NCBI GenBank assembly: GCA_963735185.1
Contig: CAVTJV010000007.1
Location: 328,161 to 392,160 of the forward strand
Direction of reading: 5' to 3'
Length of the DNA stretch: 64,000 bases
Source of the DNA: an uncultured Thermoplasmata archaeon
GTDB taxonomy: Archaea; Thermoplasmatota; Thermoplasmata; Lutacidiplasmatales; UBA184
The stretch's first letter is position 1. The number at the start of each line of letters is the position of its first letter. Below are positions 46,701-55,862 of this stretch, piece after piece. The notes under the pieces are model-generated. The model saw only the letters and a list, made by a program, of their open reading frames with translations, searched no databases and was not told where the DNA came from. The position numbers and the translations under genes were made by a program.

Positions 46701-47674
46701 GGACCTTGACTCCCCCGCCGCTCGTGACCGCTACGATCACCCCCGCGGTCGACGTGCCGCTCGGGACCACGGTGAACTTCACGGCACGAGCGCTCACCGA
46801 GGTCGGGTCCCCGGTCCCCTCGGTGTTCCGCTGGAGCATCGGGCCCGGCTCGGGAGCCTACCGACCGTCGGTCAACTGGACCTACTCCTCTCCGGACGCG
46901 CTTGCGGCTAACGGGACCCTCACCGTCGTCGTGGGCGTGACCGACCTTACGACCAACCTCACCGACAACGCCACGATCGAGCTCCCCGGTTTCGCGGCCG
47001 TCGAACCGGGCGGTTTCCTGCCCCGGGTCGACGCGCTGATGCTCACCGACCATGGCGGACCGACCTTCGGGGTCGGGGCTGACCTCTGGGCGGGGACCGC
47101 GGCCGTCACGGGTCCCGGAACCCGGTCAGTGACCTGGGCGTTCGGAGACGGGAGCATCTTGTGGCCCGGGATTCCCGATGGGGTCAATATCAGCCAGGGC
47201 CACCTGTTCTATGCGGGGCTGTACACGGTGGTGGTGACGGCCACGGACGGTTGGGCCGACATTGCCGCCGACGTGTTTCCGGTGGAGGTCATCGGGCCGC
47301 CGACGGTCAACGCGTCGCTGTCGGCCGCGTCCGGCGCCGCCCCGCTCACCATCACGTTCCGTTCGAACGCGGCCGGCGGTCTCGGCCCGCCGTACCTTTT
47401 CGTTTGGCGGTTCGGGGACGGCGGCGTCGCCGACACCGAGAACACGACGCACACGTACGGCTCCCCCGGGATGTACAACGTCACTCTCAACGTCACCGAT
47501 TACGCCGGCGACCGTGCCGTTGTGAGCTGGACCGTGGTCGTCGGCGCCTCGCCGCCCGTGGCCGGTTTCCCCTCCGCGGAGCTCCTCGGCGTGGGCGCGG
47601 CGGTGGGAGTGGGCGCCGCGCTCGGCGCGGTGGTGACCCGACGACGAGCGTTCGGACGCGGTTCTATCCCTTGA
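43759..47674 (+). CDS. S53 (sedolisin-like) peptidase with tandem PKD-like domains and C-terminal membrane anchor; N-terminus broken near 43768
   Basis: LDLEW, ASGDCG, GTSLATPIW, and about six repeats with the FGDG motif. C-terminal TM LLGVGAAVGVGAALGAVV + RRR. The signal anchor RRAVILAAAVAAVLVACV is in frame but lacks a start. ATG 43759 is one frame off. Confidence 0.8.
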
Positions 47675-49113
47675 CGACCCCGAGGGGGACCAGCCGAGCG
47701 ACGCGACGGGTGAGCCCCGCGCCCTCGGCGACGCGCACGACCTCTTCGACGTCCTTGTAGGCGCCCGGCGCCTCCTCGGTCACGCCTTCCCGGGAGCTCG
47801 AGCGGACGACGATCCCTTGGGCTGCGAGCTTTCGAGTGACCTCCTCGAAGCGGAACGCGCGCACCGCCGCGTGCCGGCTCATCCGGCGGCCGGCGCCGTG
47901 GCACGAGGAACCGAACGAACGCTCCATCGCGCTCGGAAGGCCGGAGAGGACGTAGCTCGCCGTACCCATGTCCCCCGGGATGAGGACGGGTTGGCCGTAG
48001 GCCCGGTACGGGGCAGGCACCTCTTCCCGGCGCGGGGAACGACCGGGTCGCGCCCTTGCGGTGGACGAGGAGCTTCTTGGGGCCGCGCTCGGTCGCGTGC
48101 TCCTCGACCTTCGCCATGTTGTGGGCGATGTCGTAGACCACCGCGAGGTCGAGGTCGGTGTCAGGGCGGCCGAAGACGCCCGAGAAGGCACGGCGGACCG
48201 AATGCGTGATCGCCTGCCGGTTCGCCCACGCGAAGTTCGCGGCGGCCGCCATCGCACCGAGGTACCGCTGGCCCGGGTCCGAGGAGACCGGGGCGCAGGA
48301 GAGTTGCCGGTCGACGAGCTCGACCTTCTCCTCCCGGAGGCGGCGGTCCATCGTCCCGATCCAGTCGGTGGCGACCTGGTGGCCGAGCCCCCGCGAACCG
48401 GTGTGCAGCATGACCATGACGCGGCCGGGCACGAGACCCAGGACGCGCGCGAACTCGGGCTCGAAGACCTCGTCGACCGTCTGGACCTCGAGGAAGTGGT
48501 TCCCCGACCCGAGGGTGCCGAGCTGCTTCACCCCCCGCTTGCGGGCCGATTCCGATACCTCGCCCGGCAGCGCCCCGGCCATCCGTCCCTCCTCTTCCTG
48601 CACGGGAAGGTCCTCGGGGCGCCCGTACCCCTTGTCGACCGCCCACGCCGCTCCGTTCGCGAGGACCTCGTCGAGCTCCGGCGGCCGAAGCCCGTAGGCC
48701 CCGTGGGAACCGACCCCGGACGGGACCTCGCGGTATAGGCGTTCGATGAGGTCCGTGATCCGGGGACGGACCTCCTCGGTCGTGAGGTTGGTCCGGATCA
48801 GGCGGACGCCGCAGTTGATGTCATAGCCGATCCCGCCCGGGGAGACGACCCCGTCCTCGAGGTCGAACGCGGCGACCCCTCCGACGGGGAATCCGTATCC
48901 GAAGTGGATGTCGGGCATCGCGAGGGAGCTGCGCTCGATCCCCGGCAGGGTCGCGACGTTCGCGAGCTGGATGAGCGACGGGTCGCCTTCGACCCCCGAT
49001 AGCAGCGCCGCGTCCGAGAAGAGGACGCCGGGAACGCGCATCCCCGGGACCGCGCCGACGGAGATCTCGTAGGTGAACTCGTCCCGCGCAACGAGCCGGG
49101 GGACATTCGGCAC
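47664..49113 (-). CDS. rtcB: RNA-splicing ligase RtcB; frame broken near 48027
   Basis: DIHFGYGFPVGG, GYDINCGV, GSGNHFLE and HTGSRGLGHQ. ...HRKGATRSFPAP continues as EEVPAPYRAYGQPVLIPGDMGTASYVL...SSCHGAGR in ORF 47664-48257. GTG 49113 lies 25 nt from the TATA. Confidence 0.85.
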
Positions 49114-49134
49114 GGCGCGGCGCGAGCCGAGGGC

Positions 49135-49142
49135 CCTATTTA
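49135..49142. promoter_or_regulatory. single TATA-like box between divergent rtcB and a membrane zinc-ribbon gene
   Basis: CTATTTAC / GTAAATAG. Its centre is ~25 nt from GTG 49113 (minus) and ~23 nt from GTG 49161 (plus). Confidence 0.5.
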
Positions 49143-49160
49143 CGTTGGCCTTCCCGGACG

Positions 49161-49580
49161 GTGCTGGTTCACCGGCCGGGAGCGCACAAAACGCCAAGTA
49201 ACCGCCGAACGATGCGCCGGGCGGAGGCGGGCGTGAACCGGCGGGTCTGGATCTCGATCGCGAACCTCGTGGCGATCGCGATCGCGTTCGTCATCCTCTT
49301 CGACTACCCCCAGTACGCGAACGACGCGTTCTACCTCCTGGTCCTGTGGATGATCATCGGCTTCGTCCTGCTCTACGCGATGCGTCCCCGTCTTCCCCCG
49401 GTACCGGCGAACGCCTCCGCACTGCCGAGCCCTTTCCCTTCCAGCAGCCCCTCGAGCGCCCCCCTGCCGAGCGGCTCGCAGAGCGGGGCCTCGGTCGGCT
49501 TCTGCATCTACTGCGCGACCCCCGTCCCCCCGGGCACACGGGCCTGCCCGGCGTGCGGCCACGCTCTGCCCGGTTGGTGA
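49161..49580 (+). CDS. small membrane protein with C-terminal zinc ribbon
   Basis: Two TM helices (ISIANLVAIAIAFVILF, FYLLVLWMIIGFVLLYA), a Pro/Ser linker and CIYC...CPAC. Alternative start ATG 49212. Confidence 0.5.
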   Translation: MLVHRPGAHKTPSNRRTMRRAEAGVNRRVWISIANLVAIAIAFVILFDYPQYANDAFYLLVLWMIIGFVLLYAMRPRLPPVPANASALPSPFPSSSPSSAPLPSGSQSGASVGFCIYCATPVPPGTRACPACGHALPGW

Positions 49581-49584
49581 GGAG

Positions 49585-49986
49585 ATGAGCGAAGTACCGC
49601 CGAACCAAGGTCGTTCGTTGTCGCTACTGTCGTACTCGGTGGTCATGGGACTCCTCGTGGCCCTCACCCTCGCTTTGGTCGTGCTCGGGCAGTGGTACTG
49701 GAAGCTCCGCGTCGACACGCTCTACCTGCTCGCGGTCCCGCTCGCCCTCGCCTTCGCCTATCTGGCCTGGTACCGCACCCTTCCGCTCGTGCAGCCGCAA
49801 CCGCGACCGTCGGTCCCCGGGTCCGCGCCGGGGGACGATGTCGACGAGCCGTTCGAGGACCCCGTCGAAGAGGCCGACCGGCTGGAGGAAGGGGTCGAGG
49901 ACGACCAGACGCCCGACGAGCCGCCAGAGGAACCGCCCGAAGAGGCGGACACCCCCCCGACCGCCGAAGACCCCGACGGTCCCTGA
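49585..49986 (+). CDS. small membrane protein with acidic Pro/Glu/Asp-rich tail
   Basis: Two TM helices, then DDVDEPFEDPVEEADRLEEGVEDDQTPDEPPEEPPEE. It lies 4 nt after the previous gene. Confidence 0.45.
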   Translation: MSEVPPNQGRSLSLLSYSVVMGLLVALTLALVVLGQWYWKLRVDTLYLLAVPLALAFAYLAWYRTLPLVQPQPRPSVPGSAPGDDVDEPFEDPVEEADRLEEGVEDDQTPDEPPEEPPEEADTPPTAEDPDGP

Positions 49987-49992
49987 CGGCGC

Positions 49993-50571
49993 TTAGGGGC
50001 CCTTCGCGTCGGGTCGGATCCACATCATCGGCTCCTTCGCCCGGGCGTTCGTGCCGGCCGCCACCCGGACGTCACGGACGACGCCGTCGGCAGGGCTCGT
50101 GACCTCCCCGCGCATCTTCATCGCCTCGAGCACGAGCAGCGTTTGCCCTTTCGTAACGCGGTCTCCCTCCGTGACCTTGAGCTCGATCACGCGGCCGGGC
50201 ATCGACGGCAGCACCGGGATCCCCTCGCCGGTCGGGCCCGTAGGAGCCGAGGCCGAAACGCCACCGCCCGCCGAAGCGGGCGGGGCGGAAACTGGGGCTG
50301 GGCCCGTTGGCGGCGCGGTCTCGGCCGGGCCGGATTCGACACGGACCGCCCAGCGCTCCCCGTTGACGTCGACCGGCCCGAACGGGGCGGCGAAATGCTC
50401 GGGCCAGTTCTCGACGACGACCTTCTCCCCGTCGACCTCGAGCTCGACACGGTTCACGCCCCGGGCGACCACGACGACCGGGAAGGTCCGGCCACCGACC
50501 GTGACGGAGGAGAGGTCGGCGGCGACGTCGACCTCCTCCTTCCTACCCGCGCGCTCGAGGACGACGCGCAT
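49993..50571 (-). CDS. biotin carboxyl-carrier (biotinyl/lipoyl domain) protein
   Basis: C-terminal biotinylation motif [12 protein letters not shown], Ala/Pro linker and an ~80-aa N-terminal domain. Confidence 0.8.
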   Translation of the reverse strand: MRVVLERAGRKEEVDVAADLSSVTVGGRTFPVVVVARGVNRVELEVDGEKVVVENWPEHFAAPFGPVDVNGERWAVRVESGPAETAPPTGPAPVSAPPASAGGGVSASAPTGPTGEGIPVLPSMPGRVIELKVTEGDRVTKGQTLLVLEAMKMRGEVTSPADGVVRDVRVAAGTNARAKEPMMWIRPDAKGP

Positions 50572-52077
50572 CGATCCACCTCCGTTGCGAATGACTTCTC
50601 GCCCGCCCTTCGTAGGCCCAGGGGCTCAACGCCGGGACCGCCTCGCCGACCGCCGGGGCGGGGCGCGCCGGCGCGGACGGCGGGGGCGCCCGGAGCGCGC
50701 CCACGACGCCGAGCGCCGCGGTCGTGAGCACGTCCCCGGTCAGGCCGTGGTCGACCGCGCGACGGTACGACTTGTAGACGGCCGGGAAGAGGGCGTAGGA
50801 GAGCACTTCGGCGGTGTCCGCGGCCGGGACGAGCATGCGCACTTCGCGGACCATCTTCTCGAACTCCGGAGGGAGGAGGTCCGCCGGCGGCCGACGATCG
50901 CCGGCGCCTGCTCCGTGACCTTCTTTCGGAGGTCGGGGTCGATCGGCGCGGGCGGGGTCCCGTAGAGGCCCCGGACGTAGTCGCGGACCTCCCCGGTCAC
51001 CTGCTGGTAGCGAGAGCCCGTGAGGACGTTGATGACGGCTTGGATCCCGACGATCTGGCTCGTCGGCGTGACGAGGGGAGGGTACCCGAGGTCCGCGCGG
51101 ACGCGGGGCACCTCCGCGAGGACCTCGGTGAGCCGGCCGAGCGCTTCCTGCTCCGCGAGCTGGGAGAGGAGGTTCGAGAGCATCCCGCCGGGGATCTGGT
51201 GCGTGAGGATGCCGGGGTCGGTCTGCAACGAGCGCAGGTTGAGGAGGGGCCGGTAGTGGTCCATCACGGTCTGGAAGTACGCCGCGAGGTCGGCGAGCGC
51301 GCCGAGGTCGAGCTTCGGGTCGAGGGCCGTCCCTTTCATCGCGCCCACGAGCGTCTCGGTCGGCGGCTGGCTCGCCCCGCCGGCGAACGGGCTCAGCGCC
51401 GTGTCGATGGCGACCGCGCCGGCCTCGGCCACGGCGAGGCAGGTCAGGGTCGACATCCCGCTCGAGGAGTGCGTGTGGACCACGACCGGTAGGCCGACCT
51501 CCTTTACGAGCGCTCGGACCAGCGCGGCGCCCTCGGTCGGCGGCATGAACCCGCCCATGTCCTTCACGCAGAGCTCGTCCGCCCCGAGCGCGGCGAGGCG
51601 TTTGCCGAGGTCGACGAACGCCTCGAGGGTATGGACCGGGCTCTGCGTGTAGCAGATCGTCGCCTGGGCGCGGGCACCGCTCTGCTTCACCGCGCGCAGC
51701 GCGACCCCCATGTTGCGCGGGTCGTTGAGCGCGTCGAACACGCGGAAGATGTCGACCCCCCATCGGGCCGCCTGGGCGACGAACCGCTCGACGACGTCGT
51801 CCGCGTAGTGTCGGTACCCAACGAGGTTCTGCCCCCGGAGGAGCATCTGGAGCGGGGTGTTCGGCATCGCGCGCTTCAAGGACTGCAGCCGCTCCCACGG
51901 GTCCTCGCGCAGGAAGCGGAGGCAGACGTCGAACGTGGCCCCGCCCCAGACCTCGAGCGACCGGTAGCCGACCGCGTCGAGCCGCTCGGCGGCCGGAAGC
52001 ATGTCGCGCGTGCGCATCCGGGTCGCGATCAGGGACTGGTGACCGTCGCGCAGGACCGTCTCGGTGATCTCGACCAC
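50543..52077 (-). CDS. 5S-type carboxyltransferase (oxaloacetate decarboxylase alpha / pyruvate carboxylase B family, no fused biotinyl domain); frame broken near 50886
   Basis: [21 protein letters not shown]. ...[13 protein letters not shown] continues as [16 protein letters not shown]...[13 protein letters not shown] in ORF 50543-51898, with one nt missing. Confidence 0.85.
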
Positions 52078-52099
52078 GCTGACCCCGCCGTTGGTCCCG

Positions 52100-53650
52100 T
52101 TAGAGCGGGATGTTCCCGTGCTTGCGTCCCGGTCGGTCGTCGCGTTTCGAGGAGAGGAGGGAGAGACCCGCGATGAGCCGCGCCCGGGTCTCCGCCGGGT
52201 CGATCACGTCGTCGACGTAGCCGCGTTCGGCGGCGAGGTACGGGTTCAGGAACTCCGCCCGGTACTCGGCCGTGAGGCGCGCGCGGAGCTTCTGCTGCTC
52301 CTCGGCCGTCCCCGATTCGAGCTCCCGCCGGAAGAGGATGTTCACCGCGCCGTCGGCCCCCATCACCGCGATCTCGGCGGTCGGCCACGCGAGGTTCAGG
52401 TCGCCCCCGAGGTGCTTCGAGCACATGACGTCGTACGCCCCGCCGTACGCCTTCCGGAGGATCACCGTCAGCATCGGGACGGTCGCCTCGGCGTACGCGA
52501 AGAGGAGCTTCGCGCCGTGGCGAATGATCCCCCCGTGCTCCTGGGCGGTGCCGGGCAGGAACCCCGGGACGTCGACGAACGTGAGCAGGGGCAGGTTGAA
52601 CGCATCGCAGAACCGGACGAACCGCGCGGCCTTCGACGAGGCGTTGATGTCGAGGGTGCCCGCGAGCGCCGCCGGGTTGTTCGCGACCACGCCCACGGAG
52701 CGGCCGTCGAGCCGTGCGAGGGCGATGACGATGTTGGGAGCCCACCCCGACTGGACCTCGAGGAACGAGCCCGGGTCGACGACGCGCTCGAGCACCGCGT
52801 GCACGTCGTAGGGTGCGTTCGCGTCCTCGGGGACGATGCGGGCGAGCTCGGCCGCGGCGGAGTGGCCCGGGGCGACCGGCGTGGCGGCGGGCGGGTCCTC
52901 GAGGTTGTTCAGCGGAAGGTACCCCAGCAGCCGCCGGGCGAGGGCGATCGCGTCCCGGTCGTTCGCGGCGGTAAAGTGGGAGACCCCGCTCACGGCCGCG
53001 TGCGTCTCGGCCCCGCCGAGCGCCTCCATCGTGACCTCCTCACCGGTAACGGCCCGTACGACGTCGGGGCCGGTGATGAACATCTGGCCGGTCCCTTGCG
53101 CCATGATCACGAAGTCGGTGATCGCGGGCGAGTAGACCGCGCCTCCCGCGCACGGGCCGAGGATGAGCGACAGCTGCGGGACGACCCCCGACAGGAGGAC
53201 GTTCCGAAAGAACACGTCGCCGTACCCTCCGAGGCTGATCACGCCCTCCTGGATACGGGCCCCCCCGGAGTCGTCGAGGCCGACGATCGGGACCCCGGCC
53301 TTGCGGGCGGTCTCCATGACCTTCACGATCTTCATCGCGTGCGCCTCTCCGAGGGCGCCCCCGAAGACCGTCGCGTCCTGCGCGAACGCGCAGACCGGCC
53401 GCCCGTCGACCTCGCCCCAGCCGGTGACGACCCCGTCCCCCGGCACGCGTCGCTCCTCCATCCCGAACTTGTCGACGCGGTGGGTCACGAACGGGTCGAC
53501 CTCGGTGAACGTCCCGGGGTCGAAGAACAGCTCGAGGCGGTCCCGCGCGGTGAGCTTCCCCGCCGCACGGTGACGCTCGACGCGGTCGGGCCCTCCGCCC
53601 TCCCGGGATTTCTTCTTGAGGACCGCCCAGCGGTCGAACGATTCGCTCAT
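52100..53650 (-). CDS. 12S-type acyl-CoA carboxyltransferase (propionyl-CoA carboxylase beta / methylmalonyl-CoA carboxyltransferase)
   Basis: KLTARDRLELFFDPGTF, GGARIQEG, MGGAVYSP-like and two crotonase-fold halves. ATG 53650 overlaps the birA stop (ATGA). Confidence 0.9.
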   Translation of the reverse strand: MSESFDRWAVLKKKSREGGGPDRVERHRAAGKLTARDRLELFFDPGTFTEVDPFVTHRVDKFGMEERRVPGDGVVTGWGEVDGRPVCAFAQDATVFGGALGEAHAMKIVKVMETARKAGVPIVGLDDSGGARIQEGVISLGGYGDVFFRNVLLSGVVPQLSLILGPCAGGAVYSPAITDFVIMAQGTGQMFITGPDVVRAVTGEEVTMEALGGAETHAAVSGVSHFTAANDRDAIALARRLLGYLPLNNLEDPPAATPVAPGHSAAAELARIVPEDANAPYDVHAVLERVVDPGSFLEVQSGWAPNIVIALARLDGRSVGVVANNPAALAGTLDINASSKAARFVRFCDAFNLPLLTFVDVPGFLPGTAQEHGGIIRHGAKLLFAYAEATVPMLTVILRKAYGGAYDVMCSKHLGGDLNLAWPTAEIAVMGADGAVNILFRRELESGTAEEQQKLRARLTAEYRAEFLNPYLAAERGYVDDVIDPAETRARLIAGLSLLSSKRDDRPGRKHGNIPL

Positions 53651-54386
53651 CTCGCCTCCTCCACGTGAACATCGCCCGCCCATATCGCCACCCGGTCGGT
53701 GGTCGTCGCGAGCAGGAGCTCCCCGTTGTCCCCCAGCGCCTCGAGGATGCCGCCGGGGTGACCGTCAACGGTGACCGACCGGCCGACCCCGTAGAGGAGC
53801 TCTCGGCAAAGGTCGCGGGCCCGTCGCGCCCCGTCCGCGCTCGAGAGCCACTCGGCGGCCCCGACCGCCGACTCGACGACGATCGCCTCTACGTCCTCGA
53901 GGTCCGGGGGCGGGGAGACGAACTCGTCGAGCGCGGCCACGCTTTCGGTCAGGGGCAACGGAAGGGAACTTCGGTCGAGCCGAACGTTCACCCCGACCCC
54001 CGCGACCACCGCGCGTCCGAGCGTCGGCGAATCGACCTCGTCCGTCAGGATTCCCGAGAGCTTTCGGACCGGCGGTCCGGCGCGTGAACGAGCAGGTCGT
54101 TCGGCCACTTCAGCACGAGCGGGACCGCGTACTCCTTCCGCAAGGCGGAAGCGAGGCGGGCCCCGACCGTGAGCGGGAGAAGACCAGGATGGTCGCTCGG
54201 TCGGGAAAGCAGGATCGAGCAGTAGAGTCCCCCCTCGGGGGATTCCCACGAGCGAGCGAGGCGGCCCCGCCCGTGGGTCTGGCGGCGGGCGATGACGCGC
54301 GTACCCTCCGGCGCGCCCGCGCGCGCGAGCGAGAGGGCCCGGTCCTGGGTCGACGGGAGCGTGTCGTAGAGCTCGCGAGGGCCCAT
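53647..54386 (-). CDS. birA: biotin--[acetyl-CoA-carboxylase] ligase BirA (no HTH); frame broken near 54072
   Basis: QTHGRGRLARSWESPEGGLY and KWPNDLLV in ORF 54045-54386 continue as RKLSGILTDEV... in ORF 53647-54249, with one nt missing. Confidence 0.8.
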
Positions 54387-54502
54387 TCCCGCGTTCCTCC
54401 CCGGCGCGACCGACGTCCCCGGCCCAATAACGGTTGGGGATGGACGAACGAAACTCGACGGCGAGCGACCGTCGCGCCCTCGCCGGACCCGGCGTACCGG
54501 TG

Positions 54503-54511
54503 ATTAGATAT
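54503..54511 (+). promoter_or_regulatory. TATA box of the 54535 gene
   Basis: ATTAGATAT. Its centre is 28 nt upstream of ATG 54535, implying a leaderless mRNA. Confidence 0.5.
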
Positions 54512-54534
54512 CCACGCGCGGCTCGGGGGAGCCC

Positions 54535-54891
54535 ATGCCCTCCCTCGTCTCGTTGCTCGAGTCGATCGTGCCGGAGGTCCAGCCGCAGGTCCAGGCCCAG
54601 CTCGGCGGCTTCTTCGGGGAGATGGTTCGCGCCTACCTACCGCAGACCTGGGTGTTCCGGACCGAGAAGGAGGTGGCGTCGCTCACCGTGGACGCGAAGG
54701 GAGCGGTCTCGGTCGCCCGCGGGGCCGCGGCCCGTCCGGACGTCACGATCGAGGTCCCCTACGCCCTCCTCGAGACCTCGCTCCGCACGCGCTCCCGCGC
54801 GCAGGTGCCGGCCGAACAGCTCGTGGTGACCTCGCACACCTCGAAAGGGAAGACGGCGTTCGAGTTCCTGCGCGGGCGGCTTGGCCTCTAA
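54535..54891 (+). CDS. hypothetical protein (118 aa)
   Basis: Clean ORF with a plausible promoter. Possibly an SCP2-like alpha/beta fold, but no motif was recognised with confidence. Confidence 0.45.
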   Translation: MPSLVSLLESIVPEVQPQVQAQLGGFFGEMVRAYLPQTWVFRTEKEVASLTVDAKGAVSVARGAAARPDVTIEVPYALLETSLRTRSRAQVPAEQLVVTSHTSKGKTAFEFLRGRLGL

Positions 54892-54910
54892 GAGCCGGGA
54901 CGATTCCTCG

Positions 54911-55351
54911 TCAGTCGAGGTCCCGGAGCCGGCGGACCATCTTGACGACGGCCCGGACGGCGTTCCCCGCGTTCTCGATGCGGTCCTGCGCCTGAAGGCG
55001 GGTCTCGCCCGGTCCCGAGATCCCGAGGCCGAGCGGCTTCCCGTACTCCACCGACAGGTCGGTGAGCTTGCGTGCCGCCTGGTTCATCACAACCTCGTCG
55101 TGCTGGGTCTCCCCCTCGATGACCGCGCCGAGCGCCACGAGCGCGTCGACGTCATCCCGGCCCAGGAGCACCTTCGCCGCGAGCGGCATGTCGAAGACGC
55201 CCGGGGTCTTCATCACCGGTCCGAGCGTCGCGCCGAGGAAGGAGACCTCCTCCTTCGCCCGTTCGAGCATCAACAGCGTCACATCGTAGTTGAACTCGCT
55301 CACCACGATCGCCACCTTCACTCCGTTCCCTTCCTTCGACCTCTTCGGCAT
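54911..55351 (-). CDS. ribH: 6,7-dimethyl-8-ribityllumazine synthase
   Basis: VAIVVSEFNYDVT, GVFDMPLAAK, ALGAVIEGETQHDEVV. Confidence 0.9.
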   Translation of the reverse strand: MPKRSKEGNGVKVAIVVSEFNYDVTLLMLERAKEEVSFLGATLGPVMKTPGVFDMPLAAKVLLGRDDVDALVALGAVIEGETQHDEVVMNQAARKLTDLSVEYGKPLGLGISGPGETRLQAQDRIENAGNAVRAVVKMVRRLRDLD

Positions 55352-55391
55352 GATTGATTCCCTCCTTCCTGATGATGGATGGATCGTGACC

Positions 55392-55862
55392 TCAGCGGGT
55401 CCGGCGGACCGCTCCGACGTCCGGGAAACCTTGTCGGAGCCCGGTCCCGGCGTGCCGGGCGAGCTCGCTCGGACGGAACAGCATCGCGTAGGCGTTGAGG
55501 GCGTGCTCCTCCGCCCGCCGGCGGGCGAGCGCGTGAAGCTCCTTCGGGCCCGACGCCTCGCCCTCGAAGACGAAGCACTCGACGACCGGCTTCGCCTCGA
55601 GCACCGAGGCGAAGATCAGCCCGAGCGACGCTTCGTGGGCGCACGTCTTGTCGTACTCCGCCTTCCCCGGCATCCCGAGGGCGAGGCAGAGGTCCGCGCC
55701 GTCGAGGAAGAGCCGTCGGCACGCGACCGGGAGGTCCTTGATCCCGGGAACGGTGTCCCGGACGACCTTGAAGCCGGTCCCGCGGGACTTCAGGGCCCGG
55801 ACCGCGTAGTCGGCCATGTCGACACGGGCGAACGTCGTGTCCACGACGCCGATCCGCTTCAC
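55392..55862 (-). CDS. ribC: riboflavin synthase, archaeal type
   Basis: IGVVDTTFARVDM and GMPGKAEYDKTCAHEAS match the archaeal riboflavin synthase family. GTG 55862 overlaps the ribL stop (GTGA). Confidence 0.8.
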   Translation of the reverse strand: MKRIGVVDTTFARVDMADYAVRALKSRGTGFKVVRDTVPGIKDLPVACRRLFLDGADLCLALGMPGKAEYDKTCAHEASLGLIFASVLEAKPVVECFVFEGEASGPKELHALARRRAEEHALNAYAMLFRPSELARHAGTGLRQGFPDVGAVRRTR

